A stretch of 63,063 nt of DNA, filler included. It is 3 parts of 3 records of this genome, joined end to end, with 100 filler letters (N's around TTAATTAATTAA, not from the genome) between each part and the next. Parts side by side here need not be neighbours in the genome. Positions count along the whole stretch, not along the records: positions 1 to 24,319 come from SRR20825006_944; positions 24,420 to 48,948 come from SRR20825006_953; 1 more part is not named here. One strand, given 5' to 3'. Below the pieces are notes generated by a model, which saw nothing but the letters and a program-made list of their open reading frames with translations, made no database searches and had not been told where the DNA came from. A program made the translations under genes and the position numbers. Positions 21,516 through 32,800 of the stretch are shown piece after piece (the first letter of the stretch is position 1; each line of letters starts with the position of its first letter).

Positions 21516-22382
21516 TTGGAAATTCTCGTGGTGCTGGGGCGCCTGCTGTTCTCGGCCTTTGCCAATGTTTTTCAGAAACAGCTGACTCATCGGGGGCTGC
21601 ACCCGTTTTTTATTGTTTTCGCTTCCTATGTCGTGCTGGCAATCATTTGCCTGCCGCTGCTGTTTACGTTTAACCCATTTCAGTTAACGTCGCATTTCTG
21701 GGTCAATATTTTTTTTGCTGCGCTGCTGGATATGGCCGGCACCCTGTTTCTGGTGATGTCACTATCAAAAACCGACCTGTCGGTATTCGGTCCGCTGAAT
21801 GCTTACAAGGTGGTGATCTCCATGCTGCTGGCACTGCTGTTTCTGGGAGAGGTGCCCAGCCTGCAGGGGTTTGCCGGGGTGTTTGTGATTGTGGCCGGCA
21901 GTGTGTTTCTGTTTCCGCCCAAAACGCGTCAGGGCGGCGTATGGCAGCTGTTTTTGCAAAAAGGCGTACAGTTCCGCTTTCTGTCGATTCTGTTATTTTC
22001 GGTTGGGACCCTGCCCCTCAAAAATGCGGTGGTCGATGGTGGCGCACTGCCTACCACCGTATTCTGGTGTCTGTTGGGTCTGCCGCTGGCGGGACTTGCC
22101 CAGTTAATGTTTGTCCATGACAACTTCAAGGCCGATATGGCCCTGGCACGCGACCAGGTTTATCCCTTTATCTATCTTGGCTGCCTGATTTTTCTGATGC
22201 AGTTTATGACCATGCTGGTGTTTTCGCAGTTACTGGTGGCTTATTCACTGGCACTGTTTCAACTGAGTATGGTCTTACAGGTATTCCTGGGCTACCGCAT
22301 TTTCAATGAAAAACAGGTGTTAAGACGGCTCGCTGCGTGCCTGGTCATGGTCGGCGGCAGTCTGATGGTATTGAGCGCCTGA
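21516..22382 (+). CDS. EamA/DMT family transporter
   Basis: About 10 hydrophobic helices in two repeats, with LFLGE and RIFNEK motifs at the repeat ends. Confidence 0.8.
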   Translation: MEILVVLGRLLFSAFANVFQKQLTHRGLHPFFIVFASYVVLAIICLPLLFTFNPFQLTSHFWVNIFFAALLDMAGTLFLVMSLSKTDLSVFGPLNAYKVVISMLLALLFLGEVPSLQGFAGVFVIVAGSVFLFPPKTRQGGVWQLFLQKGVQFRFLSILLFSVGTLPLKNAVVDGGALPTTVFWCLLGLPLAGLAQLMFVHDNFKADMALARDQVYPFIYLGCLIFLMQFMTMLVFSQLLVAYSLALFQLSMVLQVFLGYRIFNEKQVLRRLAACLVMVGGSLMVLSA

Positions 22383-22436
22383 GCATTGATGACAGGTGCC
22401 TGTTATTATGCGTTTATCTGAATAAGGGAGGTAACA

Positions 22437-23309
22437 ATGAAACTTTTATCCACGCTGCTGGCGACGGTGCTCAGCACCTCAATTGCCAGTGCCTCGACCA
22501 CGCTGACCCCAGCCTGGAAAACCACCACTGAACTGCAGGCTCCGGAATCCGTGATTTACCATCCGGGTAGTGATGCGTTGTATGTGTCCAACGTCAACGG
22601 CGCCCCGGATGCGGTTGATGGCAACGGCTTTATCAGCCAGCTTTCTGATGAAGGTGAGATTGAAGATTTGTATTGGATCGACGGCCTGGATGCGCCCAAA
22701 GGGCTCGCCATCAAGGACGACCTGCTCTATGTAGCGGATATCGATGAACTGGTGGTGATTGATATGAACAGCAGAACCATCACTGAACGCTATCCCGCTG
22801 AGCAGGCCAAATTTCTTAATGATGTCGCCATCGATCAACAGGGTCGTGTGTATGTCAGTGACATGATGACCAACCGGATTTACCGGCTGGCCGATGGTGA
22901 ATTTTCATTATGGATGGATGACTCACAACTGGAAGCACCTAACGGCCTGCTGGTCGAAGGCAATAAACTGGTCGTGGGCAGTTGGGGTGAAATGAGCGAT
23001 GGCTTTGCCACCGAAGTCCCGGGACACCTGAAGGTGATTGATCTGGAAAGCCGGGACATTCAGAGCCTGGGTGACGGCAGCCCGGTGGGTAATCTTGATG
23101 GTGTTGAAGCCGATGGCAGAGGTAACTACCTCGTGACTGACTGGATGAAAGGCCGTCTGCTTTTGATCACACCAACCGGTAGCAGTGAGACCCTGATTGA
23201 GTTTGAACAGGGCAGCGCCGATCACACCGTGATGCCGGAGAAAAATCTGGTCATCGTGCCGATGATGATGCAAAACCAGGTGCAGGCTTTCAGGATTTCC
23301 CATCAATGA
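22437..23309 (+). CDS. Secreted SMP-30/gluconolactonase-like beta-propeller protein
   Basis: Signal peptide; PESV, YVSNVNG, DGNGFIS, APKGL, FLNDV, PNGL and LDGVE blade motifs; GGAGG RBS. Confidence 0.8.
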   Translation: MKLLSTLLATVLSTSIASASTTLTPAWKTTTELQAPESVIYHPGSDALYVSNVNGAPDAVDGNGFISQLSDEGEIEDLYWIDGLDAPKGLAIKDDLLYVADIDELVVIDMNSRTITERYPAEQAKFLNDVAIDQQGRVYVSDMMTNRIYRLADGEFSLWMDDSQLEAPNGLLVEGNKLVVGSWGEMSDGFATEVPGHLKVIDLESRDIQSLGDGSPVGNLDGVEADGRGNYLVTDWMKGRLLLITPTGSSETLIEFEQGSADHTVMPEKNLVIVPMMMQNQVQAFRISHQ

Positions 23310-24319
23310 CCTTTGATGACTTGATGCTTGACCAGCCATTGCTTGAGTCGTTGGCTGCTGAAGGCTTTACCACCCCCACCCCGGTCCAGCAGGAGGCCAT
23401 TCCGCCCCTGCTGGCAGGTGAGGATGTGCTGGCCTGTGCTGCCACCGGTACCGGTAAGACCCTGGCGTTTGTCTTGCCGCTATTGCAGAAACTGCTGGAT
23501 GAACCCGCTGATGGTCGCATTGCCAGGGCGCTTATTCTGGCTCCGACCCGCGAACTCGCGTTCCAGACCCAGCATGTGATTCAACGTATGGCCAGCGCCA
23601 TTTCACCCCGTGTGGCAATGGTGACTGGCGGGCAGTCGCCGGCGGCGCAGGTGGCGTACATGCAAGCGGGCTGTGACATTATCATTGCGACACCGGGTCG
23701 CATGCTACAACTGCTTGAACAGGAACAGGCCGATCTGTCCGCAGTGGAATATGTGGTTATTGATGAAGCCGACCGCATGCTCGACATGGGTCAGGGGCCG
23801 GATGTCGCCACTGTATTGGCCGCTATCCAGACCGCATTCCAGACCTCATTATTCTCTGCCACGCTGGCTGGCGCCGGTGTTGATTTATTTGCCAAAGCGC
23901 TACTGCCGGAAGCCCACCGCATCGAAATTGATGCGGCTAATCAGTATGCGCAGCAGGTCAGTCAAACCGTGTATCTGGCCGATAACAGAGAGCACAAACT
24001 CGCCCTGCTCAAGGCGACAATCCAACTGCCTGAATGTCAGAGCGCGCTGGTTTTCTGCAATAAAAAAGAACGCGCAATGGAAGTCGCTGATTATCTGCAG
24101 TCACAGAATATTTCGGCGCAGGTGATTCATGGTGATTATTCACAGGCCGATCGCCGCGAACGCACCCGCAAATTCCGTCAGGGAACGATCAAGGTTCTGG
24201 TCGCGACCGATGTCGCTTCACGTGGTCTGGATTTGCCGCAGGTCAGTCATGTGATTAATTACGATGTGCCGTTCCGCGGTGATATCTATATTCACCGTGT
24301 CGGCCGCACTGGCCGTGCC
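23306..24319 (+). CDS. DEAD-box RNA helicase (SrmB-like), truncated by contig end
   Basis: Q motif, AATGTGKT, PTRELA, DEADRMLDMG, FSATL and HRVGRTGRA. Confidence 0.88.
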
Positions 24320-24419
24320 NNNNNNNNNNNNNNNNNNNNNNNNNNNNNNNNNNNNNNNNNNNNTTAATTAATTAANNNNNNNNNNNNNNNNNNNNNNNNN
24401 NNNNNNNNNNNNNNNNNNN
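24320..24419. other. Artificial contig linker
   Basis: 100 nt of N with central TTAATTAATTAA (stops in all six frames). Base composition and gene types change abruptly across it. Confidence 0.98.
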
Positions 24420-24498
24420 CTAACGAGGGAAGTTTTAAAACTTGAGAAGGGGAATTAAATTAAATGAGCAATGAAGGTATCACTGTAATCTATAAATC

Positions 24499-24534
24499 AA
24501 AAAAAGCTGATAGAAATTTCCGATCTATCAGCTT
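24499..24534 (-). terminator. Intrinsic terminator of the susC-susD-FG-GAP transcript
   Basis: AAGCTGATAGA/TCTATCAGCTT 11-bp stem with an A7 run on the left (U-tract on the minus strand). Confidence 0.75.
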
Positions 24535-24558
24535 AGAGTTAAAAGGTTAAAATAGGTC

Positions 24559-27500
24559 TTACCTCATTTCTAAAACAGTTGTGCCTTTCAGGTTTTTATC
24601 AAACACAATGATTTCTTTTTCGTCACCAGTTAATTGAAGTTTTCTGGACGATTGAGAGAAGTAACCAACTCCGTGGTAAAACTCCTGAACTCGAGTATTA
24701 CCATTTTTGAACTTAATCATTGCACGTATACTTTGCTCTGGTATTTCTAAGAGCTTCACATCCCTTTTAACAGAAAGCTCGTAAGCTTTAAGTTTTTGTG
24801 CATTAGCCGCGTATAACTGTATGAGTTCGTTCTTTATTGCTATTTGTGCTAGGCCTCGAGAATTACCGGAAACCGCCAAGCCAGTCACAGAAGCCGAAAC
24901 AGGCTTAAAATTACCAGTTCCGTTCCCTTTCAAATAAAGTCCTTGTGACGCATCATACTGTCCCACTCCTACTTCTGTCCCGAAGTCATTACCAGAAATC
25001 ACAAGATCTAGATTTCCATCGCTGTCTACATCCAAAACCGTAATTCCATAAATAGGTGCGATCTGTGCCCAGTCAGAAAGTATTCTTTTCTCAAACGTAC
25101 CATCTCCATTGTTAATCAAGATAATAGAGGCCAATTCAAATGCTTTAGCCCGATATGCGCGACTTTGCTCTTCAGGCGTTAGAATGTCATCTAAAGTAGC
25201 TCGAGCGTAGCTGGTATAATCTGGAAATTTCTTCTTGAACACAGGTACCTGTTTGATCAAGTCATCACGTGAGTGTACAGGGTATTCTTTGCCCTCCCGA
25301 TACGTTGTTAAAATGGGATCAATGGTTCCGTTTTGATCATAATCTAATGCATATATAGTAATCGGCTTTTCTTTTGAGGCTTTATACTTAGCATTTAAAC
25401 CTAAGTTACCCAATATATAATCCACATCACCATCGTTATCAAAGTCTCCTGCGTTGATCGTGTTCCACCATCCTGAAGTATGACTCAATCCGGTTTGAGC
25501 AGATACATTTTTTAAGCGTCCGTCTTTATTTTCAAAAAATGTGATAGGCATAAACTCCCCTACAACAATAAGATCTAAAGCTCCATCCATGTTAAAGTCG
25601 GTCCACAATGCATCGGTCACCATCCCAGCTTTTCTCAAGCCTTGTGCACGGTTTTGTGTTACATCAATAAACTTACCATTCCGATTTTCTAACAGATATG
25701 AGGTTCCCGGAAATGGATATTTAAGTGGACTTAATCTCCCCCCTACAAATAAGTCCAAATCTCCATCCTTATCAAAGTCAACGGCACGCACACAAGAAGT
25801 ACTGGTGTACATTTGTGGCAGTACCCCAGAAACGCGTGTAAAATCTCCATTGCCATCATTGATGTATAATCGGTCTTGATAATATTCTGAATTTTCATAA
25901 AATTCATTACTACCGCTGGCTATGTATAAATCGAGATCTTCGTCATTGTCATAGTCAAAAAACAAGATGCCGGTATCTTCGTAATACATTTGTTCTTTAT
26001 CGGTATCTATATATTGCCCCTGAAACAATCCTGATACCGAACCTAAAAATAAACGCCCACTATGGCCATAGCCTGCACCTATAAAAAAGTCTTCATATCC
26101 ATCATTATTAACATCCCCAACTGCGATGCCTGGTCCTTGCTCTGATAGTTTATGCGGTAATAAATAGGTTCGGTTAAAGTCGTGATAAACAGTTTCCTCA
26201 TGTGTTATATCAATATTCAATTCTTGGGTGATGTTCTTGAATACAGTAGCACGCTTTTTCGGCTGAATGGATTCTTTCAGTCCGTCGTCTTTTGTGATTT
26301 TTTTTAACGTATTGGCTGTCACATCTGTTAATTTCTGTTTTCCTCCATCAGGCCAAATTACTATCAAACTATCTATCGTTGTTTCACTTCCCAAACCAAA
26401 ATGCAAACTATAATCTACCGAAGATTGATAACCTCTGGTTACCATTTGGGTAAGGGTTTGAATTGTTCCATTTTGATATAGATATACCTCAGCACCTAGA
26501 GCTCTTGGATTTAACGCATCACCCAAAAGCTGAAGGTCTAAGTAGTTGTTATTCTCAAGTGTATTGGTTTGATTCTCATAGATAGATGCGGGTTCATTAA
26601 TGTTACTTACTACCAAATCAAGATCACCATCCTGATCAAGATCTGCATAGGCTGCTCCATTGGACATCGTGGATTGCTCAAATCCCCATTGGTCAGTTTT
26701 ATTTTTAAAATGCAATCCTTGTTTATTTTGAAATATAAAATTGGGTACTTTTAAAGAGGGCATCTCCTTAGCTTTTTGCTTCAACAATGAATCTAACTGA
26801 TCATGAGAAACTTCACTCGACAATGAACTTGTATAGTTTATAAAATCAAGATCTGTAATATCTCTTAAATAACCATTGGTAATGAATAGATCTTTAAGTC
26901 CGTCATTATCAAAATCTGCTAGAAGCGGAGACCAACTCCAATCTGTAGCATCAATTCCGGCTATTTGACCAACCTCAGCAAAATGAATTTCCTTTTCAGG
27001 GGTTTTACCTGTATTTACTTGTAATGTGTTCCGCATATATTGTGGTAAATACTCAAAATCTAAAGCGCGCTGAAATAAATTATAATTCAAGGGTCCAGAC
27101 ATTTTTTTCTCGTGAAAGTTATCTGGTGGCCTCATATCTACGGTCATTAAATCGTACAAGCCATCATTATTTATATCGGCTACGTCATTTCCCATACTGA
27201 AGTGACTCACATGAGCCAACCATTTTTTTGATTGTTCCTTAAATGTACCATCACCTTGATTTACATATATATAATCATTAGCCAGAAAATCGTTAGTAAC
27301 AAAAACATCAAGCCATCCATCCTTATCTATATCGGCAATACTTACGCCGAGCCCTAAACCGTCTTTAACGATCCCGGCTTGTTGTGTAACGTCTGTGAAC
27401 CGAATACCTTTTCCTTTATCTTCATCGTTACGGTATAATCTATCGTTACTTAAACCCGTGCCGTCAACTACTAATGGGGTGATGTTGTTGGGTGAACGAA

Positions 27501-28116
27501 GTTCATTTGTATGATTTAAAAGATACATATCTAAATCGCCATCTTTATCGTAGTCAAAAAATGCGGCTTGAGTAGCATAACCTGTGTCTGCAAGACCGTA
27601 AGATTCAGCCGCTTCTTTAAACGTAAGGTCACCCTGATTTATAAATAATAGATTCTTTCGTTTTTCTTTAGGGTAATTACCTGACCTACACACATAGATA
27701 TCAAGAAAGCCATCATGGTTGATATCTACCATCGTTACTCCGGTCGACCAGCCTGACTCTGCTTCAGCTACTGCGTGTTTGATTTTCTTGAATTTTAAAT
27801 TGCCTTGATTGATGTAGAGCTCATCATCAACCCTATTTCCGGTAAAAAATAAATCTGGTAAACCATCATTATTCAAATCTCCCACAGATATACCGCCTCC
27901 GTTGTACACATAGAAAAAATCGACCATATTAAACCTGTCATTTTCTTCTATCTTATTAGTAAACCTTACTCCTGACGAATCACTAGAAACACGATTGAAT
28001 AACTGAAACGCTTCCGTTTCTTTTGTTGCTGAATGCTCCTTTTCCTTATTACAAGAAATCAACATTAAGAAACAAAAAAACATCAAAAAATTATTTTGAA
28101 AACACTGTTGAAACAT
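24559..28116 (-). CDS. FG-GAP/VCBS-repeat lipoprotein with central ASPIC/UnbV domain (CRTAC1-like)
   Basis: 14 D-x-[DN]-x-D-G-x-x-D-like repeats in two sets of 7, flanking RGYQSS..LHFGLG...WPDG (ASPIC/UnbV); lipoprotein signal MLISC. Confidence 0.88.
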   Translation of the reverse strand: MFQQCFQNNFLMFFCFLMLISCNKEKEHSATKETEAFQLFNRVSSDSSGVRFTNKIEENDRFNMVDFFYVYNGGGISVGDLNNDGLPDLFFTGNRVDDELYINQGNLKFKKIKHAVAEAESGWSTGVTMVDINHDGFLDIYVCRSGNYPKEKRKNLLFINQGDLTFKEAAESYGLADTGYATQAAFFDYDKDGDLDMYLLNHTNELRSPNNITPLVVDGTGLSNDRLYRNDEDKGKGIRFTDVTQQAGIVKDGLGLGVSIADIDKDGWLDVFVTNDFLANDYIYVNQGDGTFKEQSKKWLAHVSHFSMGNDVADINNDGLYDLMTVDMRPPDNFHEKKMSGPLNYNLFQRALDFEYLPQYMRNTLQVNTGKTPEKEIHFAEVGQIAGIDATDWSWSPLLADFDNDGLKDLFITNGYLRDITDLDFINYTSSLSSEVSHDQLDSLLKQKAKEMPSLKVPNFIFQNKQGLHFKNKTDQWGFEQSTMSNGAAYADLDQDGDLDLVVSNINEPASIYENQTNTLENNNYLDLQLLGDALNPRALGAEVYLYQNGTIQTLTQMVTRGYQSSVDYSLHFGLGSETTIDSLIVIWPDGGKQKLTDVTANTLKKITKDDGLKESIQPKKRATVFKNITQELNIDITHEETVYHDFNRTYLLPHKLSEQGPGIAVGDVNNDGYEDFFIGAGYGHSGRLFLGSVSGLFQGQYIDTDKEQMYYEDTGILFFDYDNDEDLDLYIASGSNEFYENSEYYQDRLYINDGNGDFTRVSGVLPQMYTSTSCVRAVDFDKDGDLDLFVGGRLSPLKYPFPGTSYLLENRNGKFIDVTQNRAQGLRKAGMVTDALWTDFNMDGALDLIVVGEFMPITFFENKDGRLKNVSAQTGLSHTSGWWNTINAGDFDNDGDVDYILGNLGLNAKYKASKEKPITIYALDYDQNGTIDPILTTYREGKEYPVHSRDDLIKQVPVFKKKFPDYTSYARATLDDILTPEEQSRAYRAKAFELASIILINNGDGTFEKRILSDWAQIAPIYGITVLDVDSDGNLDLVISGNDFGTEVGVGQYDASQGLYLKGNGTGNFKPVSASVTGLAVSGNSRGLAQIAIKNELIQLYAANAQKLKAYELSVKRDVKLLEIPEQSIRAMIKFKNGNTRVQEFYHGVGYFSQSSRKLQLTGDEKEIIVFDKNLKGTTVLEMR

Positions 28117-28154
28117 AGCAGAAGGCTCTTAAAAAAACTTCATATTAATATAAT

Positions 28155-28183
28155 AAAACCTGCCCCTTAGAGGAACAGGTTTT
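28155..28183 (-). terminator. Stem-loop between susD and the FG-GAP gene (attenuator or stabilising hairpin)
   Basis: Minus strand AAAACCTGTTCCT-cta-AGGGGCAGGTTTT, with G-U pairs and a short U-tract. Confidence 0.55.
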
Positions 28184-28210
28184 ACAAACAATCACACTTA
28201 TGTACAATAC

Positions 28211-29797
28211 CTATTGATATTCTGGATTTTGAGTGACATTAGGATTACCTAAAACTTCATTTAATGGTAGTGGTAAGACATAATCTTTAGGAGACAATGT
28301 GCGGTCTACACCATACATATCTATAAAATTCTGAATATAATCTCCTAAATAATCTGGTGATCCGCCATAGGTACTTTTTCGCTTAAGTTCTGGATACGTC
28401 TCACACTCCATGGCAAATTCTAAAACACGCTCCTCAACGATTGCATCTCTGAGCTGACTTTGACTTAATCCCGAAAGCGGGTCTAAGCCTGCTCTTCTGC
28501 GCACTTGGTTAATACCGTAATAAGGGTCTCCTGTTCCGCTTTCATTAGCAGCTTCTGAATGTCCTAAAAGTACATCTGCATATCTTAAATAAACAATATT
28601 CTTTTCATTCAAATAAGCATTAGAGATTCCTACTTCGGTATACTTAGCAGACCAACCGGCCGAGAAAATAAGCTCGTCGGGGTTATTAGAATCTGCATCT
28701 GCAGGTACAATACCTCCAAAACGACTTAAGTTATAGGGTGCATCTTCACTCCAACGTACCACAGGGCGTTCACCTTCAGCATTGAGTGGTATGCGATTAG
28801 TAGGATATTGCTCTATAAAAGTACCGGCAATTCTCTTGTCATCAGGATCGTATTTCTCACGGAAATCTTTTGTAGCATTAAGCCAATGCCAGCCTACACC
28901 TCCTAAATCATTGGGTAAATCTGCAGGGACAAAATGCGCGTGATATACCTGATTTTCGTTTGCATTTGCCGAAGCTGAAACCTGGGCTTCAAAAATCCGG
29001 GGACCGCTATTCTCAGTTTCCGCAGAAAATGTATCGGCAAAATCATCAAATAAAGCCATTCCGCTTTCATTGATTATGGTTTGCGCTGTGTTGTACGCTT
29101 CGGTCCACTTCTCATCTTGTAGATAGGCTTTTACTAGCAAAGCTTCTGCTGCCCATCGTGTTGCTCTACCCGCATTTGCAGGATCATAGCTTTCTGGTAA
29201 AATATCTTTTGCCATAGCTAAGTCAGACTGAATGAGATCTAGGGCTACACGCTTACCGTTTTCATTAGAAGGTAAATCCTGATCGCTTTGCGTTTGCGTT
29301 GTCGTTACCGGGATATTATCAAAATACCTCACTAGATTGAAGTAATAAAAGGCTCTCAAAAATTGAGCTTCTGCCTTCACCCGATCAATCAATGCAGTAT
29401 TAGTTGCACCACTATCTTTAAGTTCATCAGCCTTTGCTATGATAGCGTTAGCACGATTAATATTCTCGTATGATATTCTCCAATAAATAGAAATGTAAAC
29501 ATCATCAGGAGATACATTCCCATTCTGATAATTTAAAGGACCTTTTTCCCAGCCTACTTGATAGCCCACCAGGCATTCAAAAACAAACCGGTCATAAAAA
29601 TGGTTTTCCCAATCACGACCATAACCAATACCGTCATAAACCGCGTTGACTCCCAGTTCTAATTGCTCTGCCGTAGTAAAAAAGTTTTCTTGGGTCGTGA
29701 AATCTGGATTTTCCTCAAGATCTGAGCAGGAAATTGTAACATTGGCAACGAGTAACACTACTCCCAGCCAATGTTTTATTTTAATAAGCTTTTTCAT
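28211..29797 (-). CDS. susD: RagB/SusD family glycan-binding lipoprotein
   Basis: Lipoprotein signal (TISC-SDLEE); AEAQFLRAFYYFNLVR, GRATRWAA, LRYADVLL..SEA and ERVLEFA.E motifs; C-terminal QNP.Y. Confidence 0.93.
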   Translation of the reverse strand: MKKLIKIKHWLGVVLLVANVTISCSDLEENPDFTTQENFFTTAEQLELGVNAVYDGIGYGRDWENHFYDRFVFECLVGYQVGWEKGPLNYQNGNVSPDDVYISIYWRISYENINRANAIIAKADELKDSGATNTALIDRVKAEAQFLRAFYYFNLVRYFDNIPVTTTQTQSDQDLPSNENGKRVALDLIQSDLAMAKDILPESYDPANAGRATRWAAEALLVKAYLQDEKWTEAYNTAQTIINESGMALFDDFADTFSAETENSGPRIFEAQVSASANANENQVYHAHFVPADLPNDLGGVGWHWLNATKDFREKYDPDDKRIAGTFIEQYPTNRIPLNAEGERPVVRWSEDAPYNLSRFGGIVPADADSNNPDELIFSAGWSAKYTEVGISNAYLNEKNIVYLRYADVLLGHSEAANESGTGDPYYGINQVRRRAGLDPLSGLSQSQLRDAIVEERVLEFAMECETYPELKRKSTYGGSPDYLGDYIQNFIDMYGVDRTLSPKDYVLPLPLNEVLGNPNVTQNPEYQ

Positions 29798-29813
29798 AAT
29801 ATTATTTTAATAA

Positions 29814-32800
29814 TTAAAATTCTAGATTAACACCTACGGTCAAGGTTCTTGATCGTGGATAGGCATCATAGTCATCACCTCTATTAAGGTTATTTTGACC
29901 GCGGTTATTCACTTCAGGGTCAAAACCTGAGTAATCTGTAATGGTCAATAGGTTTTGACCACTCACATAAACACGTGCTCGGGTAATTAATTCTGAAAAA
30001 CTAGGGAGTGTATAGCCCAAAGAAACATTTTGTAATCGTATGAATGAACCATCTTCAATGAAGTAGTCAGAATCCCTATAGGAGTTTGCAAAATCCCTGT
30101 TCCCATCGATTATAGGTCGCGTAGCATCGGTATTTTGAGGTGTCCACGAATCGGTAAGAATACTCGCGATCTGATTTATTTTTTGAACACCATCACCTAA
30201 CTCTGAAGCTTGTAAATTACGCACATCAAAACCTTGTGAACCTCTAAAGAATATGCTCATATCAAAATTCTTATAGGTAAATGTGGAGTTAAGCCCCCAA
30301 GTGAAATCTGGGTTAGGATCACCAATTATAGTATAATCATCGGGAGTGATCTCTCCATCTCCATTTACATCGCGATACCTTGGATAACCCGGTTGATCAC
30401 CAGATCGTGAAGGGTTGTTAGCGATTTCTTCTGCTGATTGAAAAATACCTATATAATCATATCCTCTCCAAACTCCGATGGGATTACCGGCTTCAACCCA
30501 ACTACCTTCTACACCTAAGTGTCCACTTGTAGTGCTAGAGAAAAATGGAGTACTATCTCCCAAACTTGTTAATCTGTTTCTAAGGATAGAAAGGTTACCT
30601 GCTAAATTCCATTTAAAATTATCGTTGTTCACAATATAACCGTCAAGACCTATTTCAAAACCTTTGTTCTCCAAAGAACCTGAATTCTTCAGTATCGATT
30701 GAAAACCTAAACTGCTAGGAATAGAAACAAATAATAGTAGGTCTTCTGTTTTATTGTTGAAATAGTCTAATGTCAGATTCAAACGGTTATTGAAGAAAGA
30801 AGCGTCAAGGCCAATATTGCGCATGGTTGTGGTCTCCCATTTTAAATCTGAATTACTCAACCTGCCATCAGCCAATCCTAGAACTAAACTACCACCAATT
30901 ACATAATTGTATTCGTTGAGATTTGCTAAGGAATTATAAACAGGAATTTCAGAATTCCCTGTCAATCCCCAGCTTCCTCGAAGCTTTAATTTATTCATTG
31001 TCGTTGCGATACCACTATTTTCAAAGAAACTTTCGTTAGCAATATTCCAGCCTAGAGCAACCGATGGGAAATTGGCCCATTTATTTTGCGCACCAAATCT
31101 TGAAGATCCATCACGTCTAAATGTTAATGTAAGTAAATATCTACTGTCATAGTTGTAGTTCACACGACCTAAAACAGACTCTAGTAACCATTCTCTTCTG
31201 CTAGAAAACGGACTCAAAATATCTGGACCTCCTTGTAAAGTAGCTTGATCTACAGATGCTGCAGTGATCCCACGAGTCGTACTGCTAAAGAATTTATTTA
31301 CCTCGCGCTGGTAGGTGTATCCTACAACCGCATCAACAAAATGTCCGCCTTCAAACTCATTAGTATACGTGATCAGATTTTCATTCAAAATATTTGCAGA
31401 ATTTCTATTGGCAAGCGTTAATTCACCCGAATTATCTCTACCTATACGCGTATTTCCTACAGGGAAGAAACTCGTTCTATTTACTGTAAGAATATCTGCA
31501 CCAATACTTGTTTTGGCTTTAAGATGATCTGTGATATTAAAGGTAAATGTAGTATTCCCCAAAACGCGGTTGGTAATATCCATATCTGTAGCAAACTCTA
31601 ACTCCTGTAAAGGATTGATTAGAAATCGACCATCATAAGAAGCTAAAGCATACGTTCCATCCTCATTGTAAACAGGAGCCGTAGGATCTAAGCCTAAGGC
31701 CGTAATAATCGTTCCACCCGGACCTCCACGGTCTGTAGGCGCATTGTTAGACTCTGTACGGTTATACGACCAACTAGAACGTACATCTAAGAACTTATTA
31801 AATGCAGAATTGTCAAGGTTTAAACGTATTCCATAACGCTTAAAACTGGTTTTCTTAATGATACCTGCATTATCATGATAGTTACCTGTTAAAGCATATT
31901 TGTTGTTCTCACTACCTCCTGAAAAGGTGATCTGGTGATTTTGTATATAGCCTGAACGGGTAACTTCCTCAAGCCAGTCAGTCCCTTCGCCAAAACTATT
32001 GATTTGCTCCTGTGAATAAATTGGCGCACCTCCCTGGCTTTGTTCAAGTATATTGAGATAAGTAGCATATTCTGCTCCATTAAGCACTTCAATAGGATTC
32101 GACATCGTTTGCGAAGAATAAGAACCTTCATAGCTTATTTTAGATTTTCCGGCCTTACCACGTTTGGTGGTGATCAAAACCACACCGTTAGAACCTCTTG
32201 AACCGTAAATAGAAGTAGCCGAAGCATCTTTCAAAACTTCAATCGACTCTATGTCGTTAGGGTTTATTGAGGCCATCACATTTGCAGATTGTCTGTTTCC
32301 TCCTGCGCCATAGGCGCCATTATCTGGATAGATAGGAAATCCGTCTACAACATATAGAGGTTCGCTACCACTGTTTATAGAGTTTGACCCACGAATTCTC
32401 ACCGACACACCGCCACCTGGTGCTGCAGAGGTTTGTGTGACCTGAACACCCGGGGCGCGCGCTTGAATGGCTTGATCTACCGAAGTTACCGGTATTTCCT
32501 TTATAGCTTCTCCATCGATAGAAGAAACAGAACCGGTAAGGTCACTCTTCTTTACTGTACCATATCCAACAACAACAACATCTTCGAGGGCTTCGGTTTG
32601 AGGCTCTAATGTTACATCCAATGTGGCTTGCCCGCTAAAATCAATCGTTTTCGTAGCAAATCCTAAAGAAGAAAATACAATTGAAGTAATATCTGCCGGA
32701 ACGCTAATTTCATATTTCCCATCAAAATCCGTAATAGCCCCTTTGGTTCCTGCTACGACGTTAACGCCCGGCAGCGGTGTTCCTGTTCCACCATCTGTTA

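Noticed and set aside
24364-24375. TTAATTAATTAA palindrome, repeated at 48993-49004, flanking the AT-rich block like a target-site duplication
   Set aside because: Embedded in N-runs of identical length; an artificial six-frame-stop spacer, not biological
24430-24443. 14-bp palindrome AAGTTTTAAAACTT at the start of contig 2
   Set aside because: Low-complexity AT-rich palindrome with no partner repeat or transposase; cannot be called an IS end or att site
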